A stretch of DNA of 28,563 nucleotides. Origin: a virus (taxonomy: Duplodnaviria; Caudoviricetes). The stretch is from IMG/VR virus record IMGVR_UViG_3300030330_002590, positions 1 to 28,563 of that record. One strand, written 5' to 3'. A program made the translations under genes and the position numbers. Below, one piece after another: positions 8,971 through 17,859 of the stretch (position 1 is its first letter; each line of letters opens with the position of its first letter). The notes beneath the pieces are model-generated. The model was not told the origin of the DNA, did not search any database, and worked only from the letters and a program-made list of their open reading frames with translations.

Positions 8971-9311
8971 TACGGTTCAAAAACTTGGCGGAACGTTGCG
9001 TTGATTGTGGCGCGGTTCAAGTATGGGATTGATTTGCTCCAGCTTTCACAAACAAACTTAGATGCGCTGCCCTCACCTGGCGGGGTGAAATCAAACGACG
9101 CTGAATCACCAGCACGGGCATCAAGGAAAGTTTCAATCGTGTCTGCGTCAGTTTCTGAAACCTCAAACGTCAACTGATAAACCTTTGGGTTTTGGTTCAG
9201 GCCGTACTTGAGCCTGAGTTCAAATCCATCACCAAAGCGCACAGTCCTCGTTGAAGGGCTGCTGCGCTTTTGGAGGCCATACGTCGGCGTTATAGACGGG
9301 AAAGTTGCCAT
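8970..9311 (-). CDS. Minor tail (distal tail) protein, lambda gpM-like
   Basis: VRFGDG...GLN...FL...SFDFTPP...ATFRQVFEP. Confidence 0.92.
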   Translation of the reverse strand: MATFPSITPTYGLQKRSSPSTRTVRFGDGFELRLKYGLNQNPKVYQLTFEVSETDADTIETFLDARAGDSASFDFTPPGEGSASKFVCESWSKSIPYLNRATINATFRQVFEP

Positions 9312-11776
9312 CAGACGGTTGCAAGAAGGCCGCCAGGCCGTTTCTGTTTAATCAGTTCCAGTTGTACTGCCAAGCCGATTGCCTTGCCAAGCGAAGCGCC
9401 TTGGCCATTGCTGGAGTCAGCAGAGGTTTCACCGGCGCTGACATTGACTGTGATTGTTGTGCTGCCCATGCCGACACCATTAGGCAAGATGGTTCCTGCG
9501 CTCCTAGGGACAAACAACTCAGGGCCTTTTTCACCAACAATCGACGGCTTGCCAACAGGCGGGCTACCGCCGTTCGCAAAACCAGGAAGAGCTGAGAACA
9601 GACTGCTGCCTGGGAACACTGCTTTAAGCAGAGTGTTAGTACCGATCTGTAAAAGCTGCCTAGCTGTATTTTGCAAAACGTTATTTAGGGCTTCACCTGC
9701 AGATTTAGCCTGCAATAAACCATCGACAATGCCATCACTAATTGTTTGCCCAATCCGCTGGAACAGCTTCTCCTGTTCGGTCAAAACTTTTTTGATGTCT
9801 TTCTCTTTGTCTTCTCTACCTCGAGCCGCTTCCTGTAAATTAAAAGTTTCTTGCAAAACCTTTCGCAAGGGCTCTAGTTCTTCCTTTGTTAAGGCAGGGA
9901 ATTGGTACTTTAGGTTTGCAAGATCGAAAGTATTTTGCAACCTTCTTGCTACAGCCTCGTCAGTTTCTTTTGCGACGTCTCGATCTTGCTTAGCAAGTTC
10001 AAGGGCTTTCGCCAATGCAGCTAGTTGGTTGGTCCTGTCGTCTCCAGGGTCTGCGCCTCCAGTTGCTGCATCCTGGAGCTGCTTTAATAAAGCATCTATG
10101 TCTGATTTAGTTTCTGCAGCAGTTTTACGTCGATCTGCGCTGAGCTTCATCAGCCTCATCGATATATCAACGATAGTCTGATTTGCGCCTGCTAGTTTCC
10201 TTTCGAGATCCGCGATCTCCCCGGCAAATTCATCTGCTCCGCTAATTAACTCAAACCCTGTTTCTCCTTCTGCTGCCTTTGCTGCTTTATTGCGCAGGGT
10301 TTCAAGCGTATTCTCAAGCAGAGCTCGCGTAGCTGTCTGCGTTGCTAGAGCCTGCTCGAGCTGCTTTTCTGTGCCAAATTCAAGCAGATTGTTTAGATCA
10401 CGCTGTGCCCCACTTGCTTCAATTAACTTACTAATAACAAGGTCAAGGCCGACGAGAAGAAAGCCAAACGGTATAGCGGTTTTTAACAACCGCATCGTCC
10501 CTGCGAGACTTGCTGTCGCGAGTTTTGCTGTAACTAGCTTGGCCTTAGTCGAGACGAGCAAAGGGATAATCCGCTTTGCGAAAGTGAATGTCGCAGTCTT
10601 TTGCAGAAGGATAAACGCCTTATTAGCAACGAAAATTTTTGCGGCAAATCCTGCCATCGAAACCGCAGCCTTAATTGCCTCTGGGTCGATCCCGCGGATA
10701 AAACGAGTGAACGCAGAGATTTGTGCATTCACCTCAGTTAAAAGGTCCTTTAGGCCAGGACCGAAAACCTTGTCAAAGACTCGAGCTAAGCCTCCGAGGT
10801 TATTAGCAAGAGCTTCAGTTTGTCCCGAAACCGTATCTGTCAGCTTATTAAATGCGCTTTCCGCAGCACCCGACGAGTTCTGCTGGTTCTCTAGGGCTTG
10901 ATTGAACTTGCCGAGGCGATCGTTGACTAGTGGCATGATCGCGGTCAATGCCTCAACGCTTCCAAATAACTGCGAGATCTCTGCCTCACTGCCGCCAGTT
11001 TTATCAATCACCTCCTTGAGGAAGCCCGCGAAGCCTTTCTGCTTAATCGCGGCTGTGCTGAACTCAATGCCTAGCTCTTTCGCTCTCTTAGAAGCTTCAG
11101 AGGTCGGCTTAATAACTCCTGCAATAACCTGACGGATACCGGCAAAAGTCGATTCAACCGGAACACCAGTTGCAGTAACAGCGGAGATTGCGGCGTTTAG
11201 CTCATCAATGCCTACGCCAGCAGCGGCAGCAGTCGGAGCAACACGACCAATCTGCGCGGCATACTGTGCAACGATAATTTTGCCGTCGTTCTGGGTTTGA
11301 ATAAATCCATCGACAAGTTTCGACGCTTTATCAGAACTCAACCCGTAAGCGTTCAGAACAGAGGTCGTCGCATTAGCAACCGTATTCAGATCTGACAGGC
11401 CGCCTTTAGCGCCTAGTGATGCTGCCTTAAGAATGTCAGACGCACTCGCTGCGTTATTAAATCCAGCAGAGGCAACGTCGTATGAAGCAGCAAGCAAAGT
11501 CGTCTCGCTGATCTGTCCTTTCAGCTGGGCACTTACGCCCTGCAACCGCTTCTTTAGTCTCTCGGAATTGACACCAAGAGTTTCTACAGCAGCCGCAGCG
11601 GTCTCAGCCTCCTGCATCCCTCTTAGGAACCCGCCAACAGCACCGACGCCCGCTAAGGCAGCAGTTACCTTTCCGACAGTTCCTTGCAGGATCTGGGCAG
11701 CTCTATTGACACGATTTAGTTCGCGCTCTGCGCCTCTGCCATCAACCCTTAGGCGTACAGAGGACTCAACTGCCAC
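9311..11776 (-). CDS. Tail tape measure protein, 821 aa
   Basis: Ala-rich helical protein with TP901-like TMP core; C-terminal FANGG...IVGEKGPELFVP...RPGGLL; lies between chaperones and gpM. Confidence 0.93.
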   Translation of the reverse strand: MAVESSVRLRVDGRGAERELNRVNRAAQILQGTVGKVTAALAGVGAVGGFLRGMQEAETAAAAVETLGVNSERLKKRLQGVSAQLKGQISETTLLAASYDVASAGFNNAASASDILKAASLGAKGGLSDLNTVANATTSVLNAYGLSSDKASKLVDGFIQTQNDGKIIVAQYAAQIGRVAPTAAAAGVGIDELNAAISAVTATGVPVESTFAGIRQVIAGVIKPTSEASKRAKELGIEFSTAAIKQKGFAGFLKEVIDKTGGSEAEISQLFGSVEALTAIMPLVNDRLGKFNQALENQQNSSGAAESAFNKLTDTVSGQTEALANNLGGLARVFDKVFGPGLKDLLTEVNAQISAFTRFIRGIDPEAIKAAVSMAGFAAKIFVANKAFILLQKTATFTFAKRIIPLLVSTKAKLVTAKLATASLAGTMRLLKTAIPFGFLLVGLDLVISKLIEASGAQRDLNNLLEFGTEKQLEQALATQTATRALLENTLETLRNKAAKAAEGETGFELISGADEFAGEIADLERKLAGANQTIVDISMRLMKLSADRRKTAAETKSDIDALLKQLQDAATGGADPGDDRTNQLAALAKALELAKQDRDVAKETDEAVARRLQNTFDLANLKYQFPALTKEELEPLRKVLQETFNLQEAARGREDKEKDIKKVLTEQEKLFQRIGQTISDGIVDGLLQAKSAGEALNNVLQNTARQLLQIGTNTLLKAVFPGSSLFSALPGFANGGSPPVGKPSIVGEKGPELFVPRSAGTILPNGVGMGSTTITVNVSAGETSADSSNGQGASLGKAIGLAVQLELIKQKRPGGLLATV

Positions 11777-11802
11777 AGATCCGCCTCAGCAATAGTTCAA
11801 TG

Positions 11803-11988
11803 CTACCGCCGACTGTGCTTTGCGCGATCCATTGCCTTTTCCTCTTCCTCTGCTTTTACCTGGTGATAGGCAGCAAAGTGGACAAGCTCCGCGTCGGTAA
11901 GTTCCGTGCGGAGCCTGCTGACAGTCATCCCTAGTTCGCAGGCCAGGTGGAACTCATAAAAAGCCCACTTGTCCTGCCTCAGTCGTTT
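11803..11988 (-). CDS. T portion of tail assembly chaperone GT, reached by -1 frameshift (absent from ORF track)
   Basis: The -1 frame reads KRLRQDKWAFYEFHLACELGMTVSRLRTELTDAELVHFAAYHQVKAEEEEKAMDRAKHSRR*, directly upstream of TMP. Confidence 0.85.
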   Translation of the reverse strand, partial: KRLRQDKWAFYEFHLACELGMTVSRLRTELTDAELVHFAAYHQVKAEEEEKAMDRAKHSRR

Positions 11989-12335
11989 TTTGCGTCTTCG
12001 AGGCTTGTCTCCTCACCGAGCCCGAAGAGGAACAGCTCGATCTCATTAAGGACCGTCTCTGGCAGTTGCCGATGAAGCTTTGCAGCATCTGCAGCAGCAA
12101 ACGCCTTCGTGCCGTCTTCAAGCTCAGCCATCTGGCACAGCATCTGCGTGCTGATGTCTAATGCCTCTTCAGTCCCAGCAAGGCTCTGAGCTTTTTTGCG
12201 GTCTGCCCGGGTGATCGGCTTAAAAAACAAATCGACGACTTTGTCGCCGTTAGCGTTTTTCAATTCGAACTTGCGACGCTGGTTGAGGTCGAACGCCCCA
12301 ACCAGCAGGTCAACAGTGCGATTTGCAGCAGGCAT
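11979..12335 (-). CDS. Tail assembly chaperone G
   Basis: Lies between tail tube and TMP; ends DAKND with slippery site. Confidence 0.85.
   Translation of the reverse strand: MPAANRTVDLLVGAFDLNQRRKFELKNANGDKVVDLFFKPITRADRKKAQSLAGTEEALDISTQMLCQMAELEDGTKAFAAADAAKLHRQLPETVLNEIELFLFGLGEETSLEDAKND
11985..11991 (-). other. Programmed -1 ribosomal frameshift slippery site A AAA AAC
   Basis: GCA AAA AAC GAC TGA at the end of G; X-XXY-YYZ heptamer in the correct phase. Confidence 0.85.
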
Positions 12336-12371
12336 TTAGACAACATTTCTGTCGTCCAAACTATAGCCTCA

Positions 12372-12794
12372 TCACTCAAGGTTGCCGGTGATAGTACCGC
12401 TAGTGATGAAATTGCAGGTCACGATGTCAATCTCACCAACAGTGGAAGTGATCTCCATGTCGGTGATAATTCCGGCAAAGCTCACAGAGTCGGTACCAGA
12501 AGTGGTGCCAGTCGTGAACAATTCAAACGTAGCGTCTGCAGGATCTGCAGTCGTCAGAACGTCTTCAAGAAAAGCAGCTTGGCCGGTAGCGTCAGGGTCA
12601 TAGACCAACTCGACGGTTCCAGATCCGCTAATCATGCTGCCAACGAAGCTCCGGAAGGTGTCTCCGTGCTTGGAAACATCCAGGGTTTCTTTGGTAGTTG
12701 AAAGGCTCCAGCTGCGAGTGCCAACGATTGTTGCGTTGCTAGAGCCAGCGGCGTCAAATTGGACTGCGCCTTGTTCTCCGCGAAGGACGGCCAT
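12372..12794 (-). CDS. Major tail tube protein
   Basis: 140 aa; RSWSLSTTKETLDVS...GSGTVELVYD...SFAGIIT beta-rich tube pattern; synteny. Confidence 0.85.
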   Translation of the reverse strand: MAVLRGEQGAVQFDAAGSSNATIVGTRSWSLSTTKETLDVSKHGDTFRSFVGSMISGSGTVELVYDPDATGQAAFLEDVLTTADPADATFELFTTGTTSGTDSVSFAGIITDMEITSTVGEIDIVTCNFITSGTITGNLE

Positions 12795-12796
12795 GG

Positions 12797-13222
12797 TCAG
12801 AGTTCCTCGATGAATTCAAAGGTCACACGGACCTGAGTTTGGAAATAGCCCTCGGGAGCTGGCACAGCCAAGGCCTCTGGACCGGTTGGTGCGTCGAAGA
12901 AAACCCCCGACACGTTGGCCCTATTGTACAAATCGCGAACACGTTTTCCAATAACGTAGTTCGCACCGGGGCCAACTCCTTTAGCACTAAAGATGTTAAT
13001 GAGAAGCAGGCCGACGATTCGGTTTTGGGAGTCTGTTGTCCCTCCGTGGCCTAGATACTCGCTAGCACCAAAGGTCGTAAGGCACTGGACCCAGGAAGAG
13101 CCCGGTGTCGGCTCGTAAGCCATGTTGTGGAAAACAACAGGGATCGCGGGGCTATCCGCAAGCTCCGTCGCTAATCGACCCTCGATCGTGGCCCTGATTG
13201 TGTTTAGATCAGCGGCAGCCAT
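12797..13222 (-). CDS. Tail terminator / tail completion protein
   Basis: 141 aa; FHNMAYEP...WV...GLLLINIF...G.G...FQTQV; directly upstream of tail tube. Confidence 0.72.
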   Translation of the reverse strand: MAAADLNTIRATIEGRLATELADSPAIPVVFHNMAYEPTPGSSWVQCLTTFGASEYLGHGGTTDSQNRIVGLLLINIFSAKGVGPGANYVIGKRVRDLYNRANVSGVFFDAPTGPEALAVPAPEGYFQTQVRVTFEFIEEL

Positions 13223-13608
13223 TAGCTCTCCCTAACGATCTTTCTGTACTGCCCCTGCGCCCAGGATTCAAGTTCTTTCCCGATGATGTCTGGAAAGCCA
13301 GGGACAGTTTTAGGGCTCTGCCTGCTTCTGTACACACCTCCCCAGGATTCAGGCAAGCTCGTGCCATAGCAAACCGGCTCGGCATAATCCTGACGGTTGT
13401 TGATCTCGCCGACGAACCGCTCGACCTTGCTCTCCCAGGCATTACGCAAATCACCACCGCCAGTCTCCTCACCTTCGTAAACAACTCGGACAGGAGTGGC
13501 CTTCTTAACTCGAGCTTCCCACTCGAGCGTTGTTACTCTCACGAGCTTCAACACCTCGCCTTCCATGTGCTTGCCGATCTGATCGAAGCGGATCTGACGA
13601 CGTGCCAT
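13222..13608 (-). CDS. Neck protein, HK97 gp10-like
   Basis: KATPV...GDLRNAW...NNRQDYAEPVCYG motif set; synteny. Confidence 0.72.
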   Translation of the reverse strand: MARRQIRFDQIGKHMEGEVLKLVRVTTLEWEARVKKATPVRVVYEGEETGGGDLRNAWESKVERFVGEINNRQDYAEPVCYGTSLPESWGGVYRSRQSPKTVPGFPDIIGKELESWAQGQYRKIVRES

Positions 13609-13610
13609 CG

Positions 13611-13967
13611 TTAGGCCCTCAGGATCAGTTCGTAGGTGATCGGATCGTTTGCCTGCTCGGTCGTATCGACTCGAATGATCTGGTGAACAACACTTGAGAT
13701 CACAACACGATCCTTTGTCTCCGGGGTCGTAGCAAGATCAGTCGCAGCCACGATTAGACGCTTGTCGCCTGCCTGGATAAGTTCGTTCACCTCCCGCAGG
13801 GAGACGTCCTCCACTACACCCTTAATGTCTGTGTCCGACTCCGTTTCAGTAACAGCGCCGGTCGTTGTGTCGTAAGTTCCCGCCGTCACATAACGGATTG
13901 TCACATCGCCACCAAACTTGTTGATGACCTTGCCTGCGACACTCTCTAGCGACTTAGCGAGGCTCAT
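13611..13967 (-). CDS. Head closure / head-tail joining protein
   Basis: 118 aa; GTYDTTTG...LIQAGDKRL...YELILRA; synteny. Confidence 0.72.
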   Translation of the reverse strand: MSLAKSLESVAGKVINKFGGDVTIRYVTAGTYDTTTGAVTETESDTDIKGVVEDVSLREVNELIQAGDKRLIVAATDLATTPETKDRVVISSVVHQIIRVDTTEQANDPITYELILRA

Positions 13968-14215
13968 TAGGCGATGTAACCGACAACAGTTCCAGAGGTC
14001 AGCTTCACAGAAGTGATAACAATCCCCTCGATGCAGGCTGATGTATTGAAGTTAATAGCGGTTGCGTCACCGCCAGCCAAGTTCTCATCAATCCCTTCGC
14101 CAGTAAGGGTATGGATCACGGAATCCTCAAGCGCCATCAGCTTTACAAACTTTGCTGTGTGCGTTGCGGTATCGGTGATGATCGTGGCCTTGGTCGGCTC
14201 GAATCCGTAGCCCAT
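13967..14215 (-). CDS. Hypothetical virion-region protein, 82 aa
   Basis: Tightly packed in the neck operon; ends SVKLTSGTVVGY. Confidence 0.65.
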   Translation of the reverse strand: MGYGFEPTKATIITDTATHTAKFVKLMALEDSVIHTLTGEGIDENLAGGDATAINFNTSACIEGIVITSVKLTSGTVVGYIA

Positions 14216-14217
14216 GA

Positions 14218-14778
14218 TCAGCTCCGTTTAATGGCGATGTTGCCTGGTCCGCTAATTCTAAGACCCGTCAAGTACCTTTCAAACATCGGCGGAACACGAT
14301 CAGCTCCGATCGCGCCAGTCTTATCAGGGGTTACGTCGAGGCTCCCGATCTTGACGTTCTTAAAATCCTCAAGGCCACCGAGGCTGATGCCATCCGCGTT
14401 GTTCTTGAGATAGACAGCTAGCTCGATCTGGGCGCGCTTAATTTGATCAGGGATCTCTTCGTCGGTGAAGTAATCCTCCGAGATCCGAAATGGAAAGCCA
14501 GTTGCGTAGGTGTTGACGTAGGTATCAGGCTTGCGCACGCCCGTACGAGGCCATTGCAGGGCCTGGGTATCTGTTGCCCTAGCTCCTAGAAAGCGTTCGC
14601 GGTCTAGGCGCTGTGCAGCGGCCGCTAGAGCCCGATTGCGGTTGTCGTCTGTGCCGGTGTCCCACTTGCTGACATCCGTGCTGTTAATCATCGCCTCGAC
14701 GTAGGCGTCAGCTTGGGCCAGCGTTATGTAGCTGTTGGCGTCTGCGCCGCCCGCTGTTGCGTCGATTGTTACTGCCAT
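14218..14778 (-). CDS. Head-tail adaptor (DnaT-like domain family)
   Basis: ANSYITLAQADAY...QALQWPRTG...IPDQIKRAQIELA. Confidence 0.8.
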   Translation of the reverse strand: MAVTIDATAGGADANSYITLAQADAYVEAMINSTDVSKWDTGTDDNRNRALAAAAQRLDRERFLGARATDTQALQWPRTGVRKPDTYVNTYATGFPFRISEDYFTDEEIPDQIKRAQIELAVYLKNNADGISLGGLEDFKNVKIGSLDVTPDKTGAIGADRVPPMFERYLTGLRISGPGNIAIKRS

Positions 14779-14884
14779 CGGGCTTCACAGTAGAAGTCTT
14801 TTTGGTCGGCTTTTCGGAAGCGGAGGCCGCCGCTTGCGCAGCAGCCTCACGTTCCTTCATCCGCCTAAAGGCGAAGAGACCCAT
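14708..14884 (-). CDS. Small basic protein, 58 aa, MGLFAFRRMKEREAAAQ... (absent from ORF track)
   Basis: Hand translation; TGATG coupling to 14884..15249; overlaps the adaptor 5' end by 71 nt. Confidence 0.6.
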   Translation of the reverse strand: MGLFAFRRMKEREAAAQAAASASEKPTKKTSTVKPDGSNNRRNSGRRRRQQLHNAGPS

Positions 14885-15249
14885 CAGGAGCTAGCGCCCT
14901 TCAGAGCTACGAAGTTGATCACGATCGCCTCGGAGAGGCTGCCGGTGCTCACGTTGCTAACGGTCACTTTGAAAGAGCCGGAAGCGAGAGAGTTGGCGTT
15001 GACCAGGTAAGACCCGGCGGTGCCTGCGGAACCGTGATTAACGACCACCACATCGGTTGCGGCGATCTTGTCGTTGTTCACCTGGAAAGTCACCTCAGCA
15101 GCGGCTGCGAGGGCAGCGCCGTTCATGGTGATCTGACCGGACTCTGCATTCAGAGTCACAGCGGTGGACTTGTTGGTGGACTGGGTGACGGTGCCACCAC
15201 CGGTAGGGCCGACAAGGTTGCCGGCGGTTGCCTCAAAGATAGATGCCAT
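14884..15249 (-). CDS. Capsid-associated (decoration-like) protein, 121 aa
   Basis: Small-residue beta-rich protein immediately after the capsid gene; function inferred from position. Confidence 0.6.
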   Translation of the reverse strand: MASIFEATAGNLVGPTGGGTVTQSTNKSTAVTLNAESGQITMNGAALAAAAEVTFQVNNDKIAATDVVVVNHGSAGTAGSYLVNANSLASGSFKVTVSNVSTGSLSEAIVINFVALKGASS

Positions 15250-15263
15250 TGTCAGGATCCCCC

Positions 15264-16286
15264 TCAGTCAAGGTTGCTGGTGTTGGTGATCCGCACAATG
15301 CCGATGTTGTTGGTCTCGTAGACCTTCGTCCAGTTGCCAACGGTCTCGAGCTGGGCGCGAGTCGGGTTGGAGACGGACGTCGAGAACTTCGAGCCGACAG
15401 GGTGGTACACGTAGTGCAGATCGATCGACATGGCATCACTCTTGGCGAGGATGTCGCGATCAGTTTCAGTCTGGAGACCGAGCTGCTCACCGGATGCAAC
15501 CGCACCCTGCGTGAACATATAGGTGGCATATTCGGTGGAAGCACCGGAGCCAGTCGTCTGCACATCGGCAGACACGATTACACGCATCCCCATGAAGGTC
15601 GGGACCTGCACACCGCCGAAGGCGTTTGCAGTTGAACCTTGGGTTGCGTCTGAATCGGCAGCACCGTTGTTGTCGTACACGAAGTCGAGTGCACGGCGCT
15701 CCATCAGGTCGTAATACACCTTGGGGTGTACGCAGATGGCGGTGAGCTTTTCGCCTTGGTCGCCGAGGATAGATTTGCCCTCGACGATCTGACGGGGGCC
15801 AAGAACGGTCGGGGTATCGCCAGTAGCGCCGTCAACAGTCAAAGCTGAATAACAAGCAGAGCTGTTGTCATCGACAGCGCCGAAGACGCCAGCCAAGCAG
15901 GACAGGAGATCCTTTTGACGCTGGTTTGCGATGTAGTCAGCGATCTTTGCGCCGATCGCAGCCATCGGGTCGGAACCTGCGGCCAGTGCGGCGAGGTCAC
16001 GGGACTCAAAAGCGCGACCACGATGCAGGACAGCAGCAACCTGCTTGTCTGCAGTGATCTTGCCAGGAGTCAGGGAAGAGCTATCAGTCAGACGCTCAAA
16101 ATCGCCCGACAGATTGGCTTTGTAAAATGGGACTTGAATAAAGTCGCCACCATCATCTGCGGCATTTAGCTCGGCCATTGGCTGAACCACACCGGAGGCC
16201 AGGAAGGCATCACGCTGAGTGGTTTGCTCAATGACATAAGGCGTAAATACCTCTGGGATGATGATGTCAGAGCGAAGAGTCGCCAT
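15264..16286 (-). CDS. Major capsid protein
   Basis: 340 aa; TLRSDIIIPEVFTPY, AGSDPMAAIG, ETDRDILA, YVYHPVG, NW.KVYE; follows scaffold. Confidence 0.92.
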   Translation of the reverse strand: MATLRSDIIIPEVFTPYVIEQTTQRDAFLASGVVQPMAELNAADDGGDFIQVPFYKANLSGDFERLTDSSSLTPGKITADKQVAAVLHRGRAFESRDLAALAAGSDPMAAIGAKIADYIANQRQKDLLSCLAGVFGAVDDNSSACYSALTVDGATGDTPTVLGPRQIVEGKSILGDQGEKLTAICVHPKVYYDLMERRALDFVYDNNGAADSDATQGSTANAFGGVQVPTFMGMRVIVSADVQTTGSGASTEYATYMFTQGAVASGEQLGLQTETDRDILAKSDAMSIDLHYVYHPVGSKFSTSVSNPTRAQLETVGNWTKVYETNNIGIVRITNTSNLD

Positions 16287-16317
16287 GACTGATCCTCAGA
16301 AATAAGATTTACGGTGT

Positions 16318-16349
16318 GGGCACAGCCCTTGGCTTGGCACAGCCTTGCC
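16318..16349 (-). promoter_or_regulatory. Two tandem GGC-TGT-GCC hairpins in the capsid gene leader
   Basis: Minus strand GGCAA-GGCTGTGCC-AAGCC then AA-GGGCTGTGCCC. Confidence 0.5.
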
Positions 16350-16360
16350 TTGCGTTGATG

Positions 16361-17038
16361 TTAGCGGTTAGCCGCTGCTTTCAACCTCTCATACATATCG
16401 CGGTCTGTGCGAAAAAGACGCGATTGTTCAGTGAGATTAAAGCTGTCCTTTGCAAAGGGATTCTTCGTGCCGGGTGGAATATCTCCTCCGGTACTGCGAC
16501 CTGAAGGTGCTCCGGTGCCCTGCGGCTTAGGTGCTTTCTGCACCCACTCCGGTGTATTTCGCTTCGCCCAATCAATAACAGGCGTCCGCTCGTAGCCGTC
16601 GACAACAACGACAGTGCCATCGTTTTCGCGCTGAATCTCCTTGCCGTTTAGGTACGACTTAAGGACGAGATCAGGATCGTGTACGACGTCAGCAAGAGCC
16701 GTTGCGGCGGGCGTTACGAGTTCGAGCTCTCGCACTCGCTCCTCGAGTTCAGCGATGCGCTTGTCCTTCTCCGCCGACGCCTCACGGAACTGCTGCTCCA
16801 AAGCTTGCCGCGCCTCGGTGTACTTTCCTTCTGACTCGAGCTTGCTTTGTTCGGCTTTGTGCTTGAAATCGATAAGTTCCTGAATATCCACCCCATCAGG
16901 AACGTTCTTGATTTGGGTCGAAATCTTTTTGTACTCGTCAAGCAGTTCGGCGTTTTTACGCCGCATTGCGTCTAGTTCTGCTTCGAGTTTTTTGGTGTCA
17001 ACAGTTTGCTCCACAGGAGCAGTTTGTTCATCAGACAT
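16361..17038 (-). CDS. Capsid scaffolding protein
   Basis: Charged coiled coil; GTGAPSG...KNPF...NLTEQ C-terminal pattern; directly upstream of capsid gene. Confidence 0.85.
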   Translation of the reverse strand: MSDEQTAPVEQTVDTKKLEAELDAMRRKNAELLDEYKKISTQIKNVPDGVDIQELIDFKHKAEQSKLESEGKYTEARQALEQQFREASAEKDKRIAELEERVRELELVTPAATALADVVHDPDLVLKSYLNGKEIQRENDGTVVVVDGYERTPVIDWAKRNTPEWVQKAPKPQGTGAPSGRSTGGDIPPGTKNPFAKDSFNLTEQSRLFRTDRDMYERLKAAANR

Positions 17039-17066
17039 TAGGCACAGCCTAAATTGCAGCCTAATG
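17036..17066 (-). promoter_or_regulatory. GGC-TGT-GCC hairpin and alternative stem over the scaffold start codon
   Basis: Minus strand CATTAGGC-TGCAAT-TTAGGCTGTGCCTA-ATG. Confidence 0.5.
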
Positions 17067-17077
17067 ATAACAAGGTT

Positions 17078-17356
17078 CTACCACTTCACCTTATCGGCCC
17101 AATATGCCGCCGATGTTTTGCCCTTCGCGATATTTTTCGCGTGCCGGGCCTTAAATGACTTTCTCTTAGCTTTGTCAGCAGCACTCTCCCCTTTGCGCGG
17201 AGGCTTCGTCTTAGCACCCTGCATACCGAACCGAATGAGCTTCGGTTTGCCGCCGTCTTTAACGACGACAGCGTGAGACTTACCGCTCGGATGGTTCGGC
17301 GTACGGATGGGCTTATCAAAGCCCGCAAACGTATGGCCACCGCGCTTGATGCTCAT
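17078..17356 (-). CDS. Basic conserved viral protein, 92 aa (IRFG...RKSFKARH...AAYWADKVKW)
   Basis: Motif pattern I recognise from an uncharacterised family found in phages and large DNA viruses; ATGA coupling. Confidence 0.8.
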   Translation of the reverse strand: MSIKRGGHTFAGFDKPIRTPNHPSGKSHAVVVKDGGKPKLIRFGMQGAKTKPPRKGESAADKAKRKSFKARHAKNIAKGKTSAAYWADKVKW

Positions 17357-17604
17357 CGTTTCTTGTTGTAGCGGGCGTAGATCGCAGCATCAGCCGTTCG
17401 GGCCTTGTCGCCTCGCATATAGCTGTTGACCCGACCCATCGCCCAAGCAGCCATCGGTACGTTGCGGGATCCGCTTGACAGGTAGGCACCCTGCCCCTTG
17501 CGGTAGACCGCAGCAAGCTCACCGTAGAAAAAGCGAGTGCCCTCAGCCTTTTCTTTTAGAGCCTTTACTGTTGCGGCGCTTAGTGGTTTTCTTTTTGGTG
17601 CCAC
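17353..17604 (-). CDS. Basic conserved viral protein, 83 aa (VYRKGQGAY...WAMGRVNSY); DUF5824-like C-terminal half
   Basis: Start moved to GTG 17604, preceded by a GAGGA SD; family call from motif memory. Confidence 0.72.
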   Translation of the reverse strand: MAPKRKPLSAATVKALKEKAEGTRFFYGELAAVYRKGQGAYLSSGSRNVPMAAWAMGRVNSYMRGDKARTADAAIYARYNKKR

Positions 17605-17782
17605 CTTGCTTAGTCCTCGAGGCTGAAACGGCTTTGATGTCGATGAACTCCCCAGCCTTGTAAGCCTCGGCAGTTCGCTTAATCTCACGCGCTTTTGCAG
17701 AGCGGTTCTTAGCACCTGACAGGTACTTCTTAGGAAGGCCAGTGGCCTTGTCCTTTGGAACTCGCCGCTGCTTGCGTGCCAT
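17543..17782 (-). CDS. Very basic protein, 79 aa (PKKYLSG)
   Basis: TGATG coupling to the upstream 25-aa gene; Lys/Arg-rich. Confidence 0.7.
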   Translation of the reverse strand: MARKQRRVPKDKATGLPKKYLSGAKNRSAKAREIKRTAEAYKAGEFIDIKAVSASRTKQGGTKKKTTKRRNSKGSKRKG

Positions 17783-17859
17783 CACTTCTTCTTTTTCTTG
17801 CCTCCCTTTTTCTTGCCCATCTTGGATTGAGGCTTTTTAGGTCCGTTGTAGCCCGGCAT
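17782..17859 (-). CDS. 25-aa Lys-rich peptide MPGYNGPKKPQSKMGKKKGGKKKKK (absent from ORF track)
   Basis: Hand translation; TGATG coupling at both ends; AAGGAGG SD upstream. Confidence 0.7.
   Translation of the reverse strand: MPGYNGPKKPQSKMGKKKGGKKKKK

Noticed and set aside
9270-11795. Long plus-strand ORFs (303, 203 and 120 aa)
   Set aside because: Antisense shadows of the tape measure gene with no recognisable motifs; the same applies to most other plus-strand ORFs in the track.
16318-16349. Mini-CRISPR array or terminator
   Set aside because: Repeat units are only 9-11 nt with no spacers, and no U-tract follows the stems.
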